NCBI GenBank assembly: GCA_965644295.1
Contig: CBFFRP010000297.1
Coordinates: 868,001-932,000, forward strand
Direction of reading: 5' to 3'
Length of the DNA: 64,000 nt
DNA from: Paraphysomonas bandaiensis
Lineage: Eukaryota; Protista; Chrysophyceae
In this document: one piece after another, positions 51,518 to 63,155 of the stretch
How positions within the stretch are numbered: the first letter of the stretch is position 1
Layout of the letters: each line of letters begins with the position of its first letter
The notes under the pieces: generated by a model
Database searches by the model: none
The model's input: only the letters and a program-made list of their open reading frames with translations
Told to the model about the DNA's origin: nothing
Made by a program: the position numbers and the translations under genes

Positions 51518-52170
51518 AAGCAGAGTTTCTTTAGAAGCCTATCAGGCGGAGCAAAGTAGTATAATACTGCGAAGTAATCTGGCAACACTGAAATTGTGAC
51601 CGATCAAAATAGGAATACGCCAATAATTAAGCTTTCTTAAGGACCCATCATCCTCAGAAAGTAGGCACTGAAAAAAATGCTGAGTTTTGACCTGCTTGTG
51701 GCCAGAGCATTTTAATAATAATGCGAAATCGCTATATTCTAAAGCCTGCACAGTATGCGAAAACATTTGTAACGATTATGGTAAAGGAAAAAGTTAGATT
51801 GAGAAGTATATACAGCTCGTGCAGTACACGTGAAAAGAACGTATCTGTTATAATACGCATGGTATGTATACATAGTTATATATTTTACCATGGGTAATAT
51901 AGAGGCTACATCATCCCGCGCTCAAAATTTTTACAAGGATCGATATTCCTTGTCCCTAGGTTAAATTGTAGCTTATCCCTATGATGTTGAAAGCGTAATA
52001 TCTCTAGAATTTGTTGCTATTTGTAGCTGACTTGCGGGTAGGTGTTCCCTGATTAATATTTAAGGAAACAAATGAAAAATTAAAGTATTGTGTCTAATCA
52101 ATGACATCTACATAAGGGAATGGCAATTGGACTAGAATCAATATATTACCCCCGAATTTCCATAATAGCT

Positions 52171-52649
52171 TCCCCATTCCGAGAGCGTATCCTAGTGAAG
52201 TGCTAGTATTGACCGTATAGATTATTAATAAAATCTCAGCTTATTCTTTGTGTGTCGGTACCAAGAAAAATCTAGCTACATCTACACTGTACTTACATGG
52301 CCTATATGGGATTACGAGGAACCCCACCCATTCTAGGGGAGGGGGGGCAACGTCACACTAGAACTTTGTTACGAGAAGCTCCGCGTAATCTTTGTTAGAT
52401 AATAATGGGAAGGCACACATGGACCTACTAGAATCTGCGCGAATTACATATATAAAAGTCATGCATAGTAATCAGAAATCTCGCGTAATCTTAGCAAAGA
52501 TGAACATGGGTGGGCGGCAACAGAGTCTGCACGTGATCTATGCGGTCAACTATGTTCGTACACGGGTAGACTGGTGGTAGAATCAGTGCTACGTGTTATA
52601 GGTGATGTACCAGCCAGCCTACACCATGACCACGCCTTCGGAATGGGGC
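52171..52649 (-). mobile_element. ~500-bp MITE family B, copy 2
   Basis: TIR (T)CCCCATTCCGA...TCGGAATGGGGC; perfect 7-bp TSD AATAGCT at 52164-52170 and 52650-52656. Confidence 0.9.
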
Positions 52650-53214
52650 AATAGCTACAACAAATATACACCTACCAGATACCACAGAAGGATACTGAGG
52701 GAATAGCAACTGCGATATTGTATTGAAGTTCGTACATAAATGTGATGATGAGTGTGAAAAGTTGTAGTAGCACGAGTCTTATTGATGTCGTTGGCACCAT
52801 CATCGCATTTATGTACATCACTCAGAGTATCACGTACTCCCTGTTAATGCAACTGACTTGAATGATGTGTGTGTGACATGACGTCTACAATCCTGATAAG
52901 CACGACGTGATCCAAACCCCTTCTCCTATTGATGAATCTCCTCAGATCGTATGAACCTATTCACTCCTAATAGAGTGAACGCTAAATCACGCTTCTGATA
53001 CTTCATGCATCACATGTAAGATGAAGAAGACCACTGAAGAGACTCTTGCTGTCAATGAGGTGTGTATACATACAAACATGCATATATATCTCTGTCATAG
53101 CTATCCAGTCCAGACAATAGTGTAGATTCACAGACTATATTCATGACAATAGTCTTCTTGTAGTTCGGGACACCTGCCCGTCCGTCAACCACTGGCATAT
53201 GAAGATTAAAGTTA

Positions 53215-54180
53215 TTCCTTATAGATTTAGAACATTTTTCTAGAAACATTTTGAGCAACATGTTCCTGGCGTGTTTTTTGTTCCCAAAAATGTTGCTGGC
53301 AAAAGCTCCTTGTAGATTTAGGAACATTTTCGGCGATATTTTGCCAGCAACAACACAGTTTCATTTTTTACAGCAAAATTATCCGTTACAGTTTGCAAAT
53401 AACGTGTTCGACAACTCTAACACAATACATCTCATAGTTTAACAACCAGTATATAACACTGAATCCAAACCTATGGACTTTGAAGGTCTCTCTGATGAAG
53501 AGATTCGATTGAGAGAGGAGATGGAGTATGCTACAGAGAGATTTGTAAACGAGAACTTCGAATTATTCGTCGAATTGAAGAGGACAAGGAGAGTGCGTCC
53601 AAGGCCCGATTATTATGACTCGGTCTGGGGCCAGATGCTACTACATCCTGAAATTGATTTTACTACATCGCAACCAGAATAAGAATTTTACTGCATAATC
53701 TCTCTCCTGATCTACCTTGCTCATGGCAGTTTGTGACAAACTCTCACCGGCAAGGCAACAGAAAAAATAGAAGAGATTATTTCGAAGAGTGTGCTCTATA
53801 TTTCATTGTCAGTTGTGTAGAATCTCAATATATAATCCGAACCTCCCAGATCGACGATTTTCTTCAAATCATCAACCTCTTCATCTCCAGCACCAACAAT
53901 TTCACGATATTTTCTAATGTCTTTCTCTTGTAGCAGTTTCAGCAAGGGAGCGGCTGAGGTGAACTTGATCACCGGTTCTGGCTAGTCCTCAGCTTCGCCG
54001 ACAGCGGTGTCAGTGTTGCCAACCTCATCGGCAGCCTCCACATTAACATCGATTTCCTCCATATGTCAACAATAATTGTTTTAGGTATAGTAAATTCATG
54101 TAATAATATACACTTTAAAGTAGAGATTCATGCACATTACAATGTTCCTAAAAACATGTTCCTAAATCTACTCTAAGATA
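53215..54180. mobile_element. Internally deleted PIF/Harbinger-like transposon relic
   Basis: Imperfect inverted repeats TAGATTTAG(G)AACAT at 53222-53250 and 54141-54170. Truncated + ORF 53473-53682 (RPDYYDSVWGQMLLHPEI) resembles N-termini of Harbinger-type transposases. A convergent broken ORF starts at ~54062 on the - strand. Confidence 0.55.
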
Positions 54181-54299
54181 CCACACTCGACGACTTGCTT
54201 CTTTAAACTCAGCCAGCACAGTGATAATTGTTTTTTACAGTACGACTACAATTTAGCTACAAAGTGCATAAATATCAAGGTTTTTAGGATCTAGATTAT

Positions 54300-55027
54300 A
54301 TATGTATGTATGTGTAATGTGTATGTATGTATGTATGTATGTATGTATGTATGTATGTATGTATGTATGTATGTATGTATGTATGTATGTATGTATGTAT
54401 GTATGTATGTATGTATGTATGTATGTATGTATGTATGTATGTATGTATGTATGTATGTATGTATGTATGTATGTATGTATGTATGTATGTATGTATGTAT
54501 GTATGTATGTATGTATGTATGTATGTATGTATGTATGTATGTATGTATGTATGTATGTATGTATGTATGTATGTATGTATGTATGTGTAATGTGTATGTA
54601 TGTATGTATGTATGTATGTATGTATGTATGTATGTATGTATGTATGTATGTATGTATGTATGTATGTATGTATGTATGTATGTATGTATGTATGTATGTA
54701 TGTATGTATGTATGTATGTATGTATGTATGTATGTATGTATGTATGTATGTATGTATGTATGTATGTATGTATGTATGTATGTATGTATGTATGTATGTA
54801 TGTATGTATGTATGTATGTATGTATGTATGTATGTATGTATGTATGTATGTATGTATGTATGTATGTATGTATGTATGTATGTATGTATGTATGTATGTA
54901 TGTATGTATGTATGTATGTATGTATGTATGTATGTATGTATGTATGTATGTATGTATGTATGTATGTATGTATGTATGTATGTATGTATGTATGTATGTA
55001 TGTATGTATGTATGTATGTATGTATGT
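54300..55027. repeat. (TATG)n microsatellite
   Basis: ~730 bp; the interruption TGTGTAATGTG occurs twice. Confidence 0.98.
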
Positions 55028-55115
55028 AGAGTGTAAGGTCGTGTTAATATTCTGCTATTTCTTTTATTATAATTACGACCCTTAAATTTTAGTTGTTATT
55101 CAATTGTAAGTTAGT

Positions 55116-56474
55116 ATGGCCAGTGAGTTTATGCAGGAACAGAAGTTTCTGTTCCCAGATATCGCCTCCGAGTATGATCATCTGGAGACACTGCACTCTA
55201 AGAAGTATGTATCTGATTACATTAATAGACTATCATTATTATTAATATCAATCTATTTGTTATTTATATGTAGATTGTGGCATCAATTATCTGTTGCATT
55301 GGATGAGTTCTTAAAGAACCCACTCAATCATAGAGGCGATAACTTCTATAATGTGAGAGGGTATTCATATATATGCTCTATTTATCTAATACTGTCTGCA
55401 GCTCTATACGAATTTTATTGCCCCCGTAGAAGCTAGACTTAGCCAGCTTCGTCTTGCGCATATTGTGTCGATGGTAGGACATAGCTTTGACGATCCTGCG
55501 CGATCAATTGAGTACTTCACGAAAGTTTTGGAGGCAAGGACTCGCCTTGGTGCCGAGGCTAGCCTCTGTATCGACACGGATATCATCTTAATGAAGATCA
55601 AAATGGGACTCATTGATGACGCAAGAAACTTACTGGATGATGCTTCAGAGAAGCTGCAGGCCAGTAATACGAATGAGGCATCTGTGTTCTCAAAGTACTA
55701 CAAAGCCAACACCGAATACCGCAAGGTTAATATTAGTTATAATATCCGGTAAAATCTAACTCTGATCGCAGGTTGCTGGCCCTCCTGAGGAGTTTTATAA
55801 AGCTTCCTTGATGTACTTAGCGTACACTCCAGTAGAGAGTTTGTCAGAGGAGGAGAGGTTTTGCCTTGCAACTGACATGGCCCTGACAGCGCTCACTGGC
55901 GAGGGGGTGTATAACTTCGGAGAAGTTATTGCTACACCGCTATTAGGGGTTCTGGTGGGATCTTCCAACCAGTTTTTGCATGATCTAGTAATCGCTCTCA
56001 ACAACGGAGATATTGATGCTTACAATGGTATCGTGGAATCCAACAGAGATTTGTACTTTGGCCAGGATGTATTACGCAACTGCCATGATAAGATCCAGCA
56101 AAAGGTTGTGCTTCTGGCACTTATGAATATGGTTTTCAAGCGCCCTTCGCACGATAGAACCATTGCATACGCTGATATTGCACATGTAGCCCGCTTACCG
56201 TTGGATCAAGTGGACTGGGTGCTCATGCGTGCGATGTCTCTTGGCCTCATTAAAGGAAGCATAGACCAGGTCGATCAGACTGTCAATGTTACATGGGTGC
56301 AGCCGCGAGTCCTTGATAAGGATCAAGTGGGAATGCTCGTGAAGCAGATTGATGGATGGACAGAAAAGTAAGTATTCATATTTGTGGGCCTCATATACTG
56401 TGCTAATTTAAACGCGCAGGGTAAAGAAGACTTTAGTCGCTGTGGAGGACCAAACCCTGGAGCTTTACATGTAA
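55116..56474 (+). CDS. RPN9: 26S proteasome lid subunit RPN9/PSMD13
   Basis: LWHQLS, FYKASLMYLAY, GEGVYNFGEV, and PCI tail VLMRAMSLGLIKGSIDQVDQTVNVTWVQPRVL. Confidence 0.96.
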
Positions 56475-57252
56475 TGCCATACGTTCACTGTGACTATCGA
56501 ATTCTGTTTTTGAAATCCAGCTGTGGAAAGATAAGGGTAGAGTGATTCCCATATTAGATATTAATTATGTAAGAATAATGTTGTCGCCACTTCATTATTT
56601 TCCGATGACATACAACAATATTACATACGTTTGTCATAGAACTGAGTCCGGTAGGGCACCGACTCCCTGCTACGCCGCAGCTTAGCATTGTCACGATTAT
56701 ACTTAAATTGGAAATACCAAGAATACTGATAGCCAAGCTTGCATAACAATTAATTGCCATTTATTGCAATAATAGGATGGTGGATGGTACTTGATAAATA
56801 ATCACAATTTAATACTGTTGGATACCTCTCACCAATTAATTGTTTCTTAAGCCTGTCCATATCAGTGGTCAACAATCTCTGAACTGAAAATTAGAACGTT
56901 AAATTACAAACTACGTAAAAAATTCAACAGTCCTTAACTAAGTTAGAACTTTATATTGATGTGGTGTGCTGTGTGCTGGGGTTCGTGGATTCCAGTCATG
57001 TTACGTGTGGTGTCAACAACAGGATGCCAGCAACAATAATATTTCAGACTTACAAAACATGTTCGGGGTAAAGATCAAGAAATCAAAAATATTAATTAGA
57101 AAGTATTTAAACAAAATTGATGACATCTTTCTAGTCAAAACTTTGGGCACAACACCACAACACAGCCTGCTGAGCGAACTCTTCACACGCGTGTCACGAC
57201 CATCACCCCAATGAAACGCCTTACGTAAGCTTATTCCCACAGCGACTACACT

Positions 57253-58261
57253 CTAATCTTGCAGTGCATCAACTAATTCCTGTAACACGAGTAAAACGAT
57301 AAAAAAGCAATGCACAAGTCAATACCTGAAAGTCAGTGACAAACCAATCAGCTCCCTGCACAACTTTTTCTCTGGACACAACGCCACCGTATCCAATAAA
57401 TGCGTCAGCAGGGGGTCTTGCCTCCATATCTGTTGCTCCATCACCCACCATCACCACGTTGGGTATTCCTAGCTCTTTCTTGATGTGGTCGACAGCCCTC
57501 GCCTTCCCACCACTTCGACAAGTAAAAGCTTCCGTATCATAGCCTAAGTACTCCCCTCGCCCCTCAGGGCCGTCAAAAAGAATATTATTCGCATAGATTC
57601 TGTGACATGGTATTCCAAGTACATCTGCGATAGGGCGTATCATCTAGAATGTAATCTTCAGGGGTGGAATGACATAAATAATTGGTTTTTACCTGTTGAA
57701 AACCTCCTGATACCAAATACACATGCGTACCACGGGAATGCAAAACATCGATGAGTTTGTCTATCGATGGGCTACACAGAGAATTTACAAATTGTGTTGC
57801 GTGTGTTCCACAACAGACCTGAGTCGTATGGGGTTAGCTTGTAAACACTTTTCAATATCTTGATACGATGGCCGTATAATCTCCAGACGAGCTTTTAACG
57901 CGTCTTCAAAGCTCATATTCCCATCCATTGCTCTAAAGTGTTCCTATATTAGTGCAATATATACGAATAAGTCAATCATATGACCTTGACGTGAGCTCTG
58001 CTACTTGTGTTCCACTTCCAGTATAGTCCGCTAACACATCAACTCCTTCTTCTAAACTAACAGTACTATCAACATCAAAGCAAACAGCTCCAGCATTCTT
58101 TAAAATGTTTTTAACATCAGCAACAGTGAGTTTAGTTTGTGTGGACATGCATCGCTTTAGATGCACCTGTAGTGATATATATATACCATTAACTACCAGA
58201 TAATAAGATATGTAGACTACATTACCCCAACAAAACGAATTCCATGCATGGACTTTAGCAT
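57253..58261 (-). CDS. PSPH: Phosphoserine phosphatase (HAD) with putative mitochondrial presequence
   Basis: VCFDVDST, YLVSGGF, GGK and MVGDGATD..ARPPADAFIGYGG. Spliced N-terminus MLKSMHGIRFVGVHLKRCMST. Confidence 0.92.
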
Positions 58262-58338
58262 TTTGATTCGAGTATGTAAGACTTGAGATCACTTTAACGG
58301 GAACACATCTCACAACCACATCCATACAGATGAGTATG

Positions 58339-58737
58339 CATGTATGTATGTATGTATGTATGTATGTATGTATGTATGTATGTATGTATGTATGTATGTA
58401 TGTATGTATGTATGTATGTATGTATGTATGTATGTATGTATGTATGTATGTATGTATGTATGTATGTATGTATGTATGTATGTATGTATGTATGTATGTA
58501 TGTATGTATGTATGTATGTATGTATGTATGTATGTATGTATGTATGTATGTATGTATGTATGTATGTATGTATGTATGTATGTATGTATGTATGTATGTA
58601 TGTATGTATGTATGTATGTATGTATGTATGTATGTATGTAGGTTAGGTAGGTAGGTAGGTAGGTAGGTAGGTTAGGTAGGTAGGTATGTATGTATGTATG
58701 TAGGTAGGTAGGTAGGTAGGTAGGTAGGTAGGTAGGT
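58339..58737. repeat. (TATG)n grading into (TAGG)n microsatellite
   Basis: Direct reading. Confidence 0.98.
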
Positions 58738-58826
58738 ACAGTATGTGGTAGGAATGGTGTGGGATCTTGTGATGCTGTACCGCTATAGATATCGACACTG
58801 TTTTCAAGTTGATTATATATCAGGGA

Positions 58827-60302
58827 ATGGCTGGGTGTATCGATGATATGTATACCCGGAGGGCAAGAAGTTGCATATCTCTCATCATCTGGATCTGTGG
58901 ATGTCTCTCTATTCTCCCCCTTATACTCTATGGTGATCCCAGTGCATACTTTATGATCACTGCAGTTATGACACATGTATCTGTACCAGCTCCTTTAGGA
59001 CAACTTCCACCTATATTAGATGTTACTACTAATTACTTTCATGTATATTCCTGGTTGATATCTCCTGTTGCAGTGCTATTGGGTTGGTGGCTTAACAGTA
59101 TATGTTGGTATATATGTGGCGGTCTGCTATTATGTCGATTTATACGGAGTTGGAGACTGTCTAAGTCAATAGAGAATTCTTTTTCGAAGACATCTCAGGT
59201 TCCACCAATGTGGTTTGCAACATGTGACCCATTAGTCAATTTGCCACTTCCATCACGTTTGCACCCATTTTTTCTGTCGCTCACTGGTCGGCGGGCTCTG
59301 CATGTTGGTCATGGAGTTTTCATTGAACACGTAAAATATGCTGACGAAGCTGATATTGACCCTGGATCAACTCCTTATTTGGATATATGGTCACGAGATG
59401 TAAAAGAGGGGGTGGGAAGCCGCCCAGTTTATTTTTTCATTCACGGAGGCGGATGGAGGGCTGGTGGAAAACGAATGCACGCACAGGCCGCACTACTTCT
59501 AAACCTGGCTCATAGGGGATGGCTGGTGGTATGTCCGGACTATGGTAAAAAGCGTTGGCCACTTCATATCTCAGATTGCGAAGCTGCTCTGGAATGGGTG
59601 TGCCGTAATGCGGATAGGTTGGGAGCTGACACCAACAGAGTTGTTATTGGTGGAGCATCCGCGGGTGGTCATATTGCTACGCTCCTTGTGGCACGAGTTC
59701 TTGCTAGGGCTCGAAGGAATGTAGAGACATCCCCTGAGTGTACACTGGATCGCACCTCCCTGCTCATCCCTCCAGAAACCACTGTTCCGACTGGAGTGGG
59801 GTTCATGGCGTTAGTCCTTTCATACCCCGCTGTTGACGTATGTGATGAAAGCCGTTCTACGGCAGTCTTTCCCTTCGTGTGTCCACCCCCATTACGTATA
59901 TCCTGGCTTCAGAGTTTGCTACAATGGTTCTTCGTTCGCGCCGTACTAGGAGGTAATGAAGCACTCTTGACTCATGCGAATCCACTGGTTGGTGTACGGG
60001 ATTTGCGAACTCATCATATCTCGAAAGAGAGTGAAGAGATCGTAACATTGCATTGGCCGCCAACTCTATGTGTTCACGGCGAGCTCGACGGGCTTGTTCC
60101 GGTGGAGCACAGTAAGCACCTTCTTTCAGTGATATCTGGTCGCGTTGACGGCGAGTTCAGAAACGTAGATGCCCTTATTGAGATACCCGGGGCGAAGCAC
60201 TCGTACGAAGTGGTTGGGGGAAGTTTGACGGATGCGTCGTTTTTAGGTATTATAGGGTGGCTCAGTCCGATAGAATCTACATTGGCTGGAGATATACGAT
60301 GA
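58827..60302 (+). CDS. Membrane-anchored alpha/beta hydrolase (HSL/GDXG family esterase)
   Basis: HGGGW, GASAGG nucleophile, HGELD and GAKHSY; N-terminal TM segments; intronless. Confidence 0.9.
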   Translation: MAGCIDDMYTRRARSCISLIIWICGCLSILPLILYGDPSAYFMITAVMTHVSVPAPLGQLPPILDVTTNYFHVYSWLISPVAVLLGWWLNSICWYICGGLLLCRFIRSWRLSKSIENSFSKTSQVPPMWFATCDPLVNLPLPSRLHPFFLSLTGRRALHVGHGVFIEHVKYADEADIDPGSTPYLDIWSRDVKEGVGSRPVYFFIHGGGWRAGGKRMHAQAALLLNLAHRGWLVVCPDYGKKRWPLHISDCEAALEWVCRNADRLGADTNRVVIGGASAGGHIATLLVARVLARARRNVETSPECTLDRTSLLIPPETTVPTGVGFMALVLSYPAVDVCDESRSTAVFPFVCPPPLRISWLQSLLQWFFVRAVLGGNEALLTHANPLVGVRDLRTHHISKESEEIVTLHWPPTLCVHGELDGLVPVEHSKHLLSVISGRVDGEFRNVDALIEIPGAKHSYEVVGGSLTDASFLGIIGWLSPIESTLAGDIR

Positions 60303-60714
60303 ATTTTTATTTTATAGTGTGAGTAATATGTTTGTTAATATATAATATATAATCGATAGTAATCGTTTTTATGTCATGCCCACTTCATTATGAAGAGTTT
60401 GCTTATTATGATTTCTGCTAAACAACACAACTACATGGGGCAGATTTTGAACTGATTATCTGAGTTCAGTACATTATCTATTCGATTAGGGTTATGTATC
60501 TGTTCTGTGTTCTCTAGTCAGTGCAAATTCTCTAATATTACACGTATGAATAGCGACTATTATATTACTGATAAATTAAACTTTGACTGTACTAGATTCT
60601 ACACTTCATACAAAACTGAAATTACCAGTACTTCAAAGCGCAGTTTAGAAATACATAACATACTATAAAACAGAGCATCAATAAGAGCGAATATGTATTA
60701 AAGCATTTTATACT

Positions 60715-61473
60715 TCAAGAGGTTACAGCATCTACATCATCCATCATATTTATACAGGGAAAGGAGGTGCTTGCTTTCCTCTTTAAGTCATTTTGGGTGC
60801 TAACAATTCGTCGTATCAAACTCGGAATCTCGGGTTCAGGTCTGTTACCCTGGTGTATTAGGATAGCTTTATTAACTCGGTCAGCTAGAAGGTATCTCTG
60901 CTCCCGGTCGATCCTGTGGCGCAAGTTCAATGGACATTGCTCTTTCAAATTAGGAAAGGCTGCTAGACACATTACTTGCTCCATCTCACCAATGAAATGG
61001 GGATGCTTCACAACCAACGGCGCAACATATTCTTTAGCAAATGCAATGGCATCGTTTACTCTGCTTGATAAGAGCTGCTCAACAAAATGCTGTACGTAAA
61101 GATTCAGCAAAAGCTGCTGATCGTCTTCCAAAATTCTCGGAAACAATTTATTCAGGAGATCGATGCATTCTATAATATCTCCACCAGTTATTTTTGATCG
61201 TATATTCTCTCTATCAGTGATCGAATTTATATCAACTGTAGACTGCACATATGATTCTTTAGCAAACTCTATTGCTGCATCCTTAAAGCTCCCTACAATA
61301 AAGTACTCCATAATAAGATTATTAATAGTGCCTTTCGACACTTGAGAGTCCATTAACAGCTCATTCCATACTTCAGGTGACATTGTATTATCTGCTGTGA
61401 TTGGTGATGGACATGACATAGGAGAATTAACTCCACTGTATCCGTCTTCATCATCACTATTATCGTCTGACAT
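60715..61473 (-). CDS. GID8: GID8/TWA1-like LisH-CTLH-CRA protein
   Basis: INNLIMEYF..G.F.DAA..FA.ES, R..IR..I..G.I, QHFVE, AIAFA, MEQVMCLAAF and R..LAD.VN.AIL. Confidence 0.88.
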   Translation of the reverse strand: MSDDNSDDEDGYSGVNSPMSCPSPITADNTMSPEVWNELLMDSQVSKGTINNLIMEYFIVGSFKDAAIEFAKESYVQSTVDINSITDRENIRSKITGGDIIECIDLLNKLFPRILEDDQQLLLNLYVQHFVEQLLSSRVNDAIAFAKEYVAPLVVKHPHFIGEMEQVMCLAAFPNLKEQCPLNLRHRIDREQRYLLADRVNKAILIHQGNRPEPEIPSLIRRIVSTQNDLKRKASTSFPCINMMDDVDAVTS

Positions 61474-63155
61474 ATCTATCTATATATGTATGTATACACT
61501 GCTGTATAGTATACTGTATAATTAAAACAATCAACTGTAATATAGGATCAAATACTCTGAGATAGGATCACCTCTGAATGACCTGTTTCAGTGTCGTTAA
61601 GGCTTGTCTTACTAATCAAAGTAGTTCTGATATAATAATTATAACATCATCATCCTATACAGTCCCTACAGTGGTGTGTATCAGATACATTCCTGTGTAG
61701 GTGTTCTGCTATATAGGATACGTATGTGGATAATATACACGGATGGAGCATCCGTTTACGGATATATTTCTGTATATCAGTATACAGCAGATTTCAACTA
61801 GAATACAGCCACGAGGATTAATACCAACCTATGGTTATCCCATCCGGTCCAGTGATTAGTCAAAATACTATCATTAATCAGGTAAAAAATCATAGGTTTT
61901 TAGCTGTATACTGTTTTTTTATGACTCCAACAACATAAAAAAGGGCGATTTTTTTGCCAATGTAGTACTTTTTCCCACCTTCAAAACTCTCTCAGAGTAT
62001 CTTCTGTCTGTGTTTGTTAAGGTCCATATCTAGATCTACTGTACATGAACTCATTGATATCAATCCCTGTCTCTTACACTGCAGTCCCTGTTATATAGCT
62101 ACTCCTTCCATGACAAACCATATACTCTCATATTGTTGTTCTGTTCTAAGTCTCACCCGTTCCTGATACCTGACACTCTCTATATAATTAGCCCAATTAG
62201 TGTATGACATATAAAGACTTCTGTAGTGTATTCTCACTATATCTTAATGAAATTACTATATCACATAATACAAGAGCTACTGTATTGTATTGTATAGAGC
62301 ATAGTCATGAATGTATGGAATAGTTTGTTTTCTTTGAGTTCCGTTCTTTGTTTTACAAGACAGTATCAGCTGCTCAAGAAGATTGTTCAAGACGCTTACA
62401 TAAAATTGACAATTAAGTCCAGTATATAGATACAATACTGTTATATTCACGTTTGGCACAATTTTGAGTAAATATTTCTTGAAGGTACAGTCGTAGTATG
62501 TGAATCATACAGGAATACGTTTCAATTTATAGCAATTAATGCATTGTCAATTATTGAAATTGGGACAACAAAAAATAATTGCAGTTATAATTTATAATAC
62601 ATAAAAGGTATCTAGATCTCAACATAAAATATATCAAGCAGCAGAAGCGAGCACGTCTTAGCAACATGCAAACTCAATACCCCAGCACGAAGCACATGCA
62701 TGCCACAACCAATCAGGTTGAAAGATTATTTAGTAGAGCTAAGATTGCTTTAACTTAAGTAAGCATCCCTAGAATCATAGACCGTGCAAGATTACACCGT
62801 TCGATTTCCAACTCTACACTAGCTTCTAGCTGGTAAACTGAACTATTCCGCACGGTATGTAATTCTACACTAGATTCTAGCTTGTGAACTTAACTAGTCC
62901 GCATGGTATGTATACATGTATGCTGCAATTTTGCAACATACACATGACCGAAGAAACCAATAAAATTAATGAGGGAAATGCATTAAAATAGCCACTGGTT
63001 TGTACTTGGGAACACACTGGCAAATTACGACCAAACCACAATCGTATTAGAAACAACACCTCTCATTTGACGCATAGTCAATAGTATACACACAGCCATT
63101 GTGGTTTCGAAACAAACACCACACAACTTCAGAGAATCCATTAGCCAATTTTGCG

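Noticed and set aside
46817-52649. One 5.8-kb transposon with 500-bp TIRs that captured the helicase
   Set aside because: Each 500-bp arm has its own short TIRs and own TSD, and the outer flanks do not match; kept only as a potential composite.
54300-55027. Telomeric repeat or functional higher-order array
   Set aside because: TATG is interstitial and not a recognised telomere unit; the repeated interruption may be slippage or an assembly artifact.
62820-62915. ~52-bp imperfect tandem duplication
   Set aside because: Only two diverged copies in a 3' intergenic region; no evidence of function.
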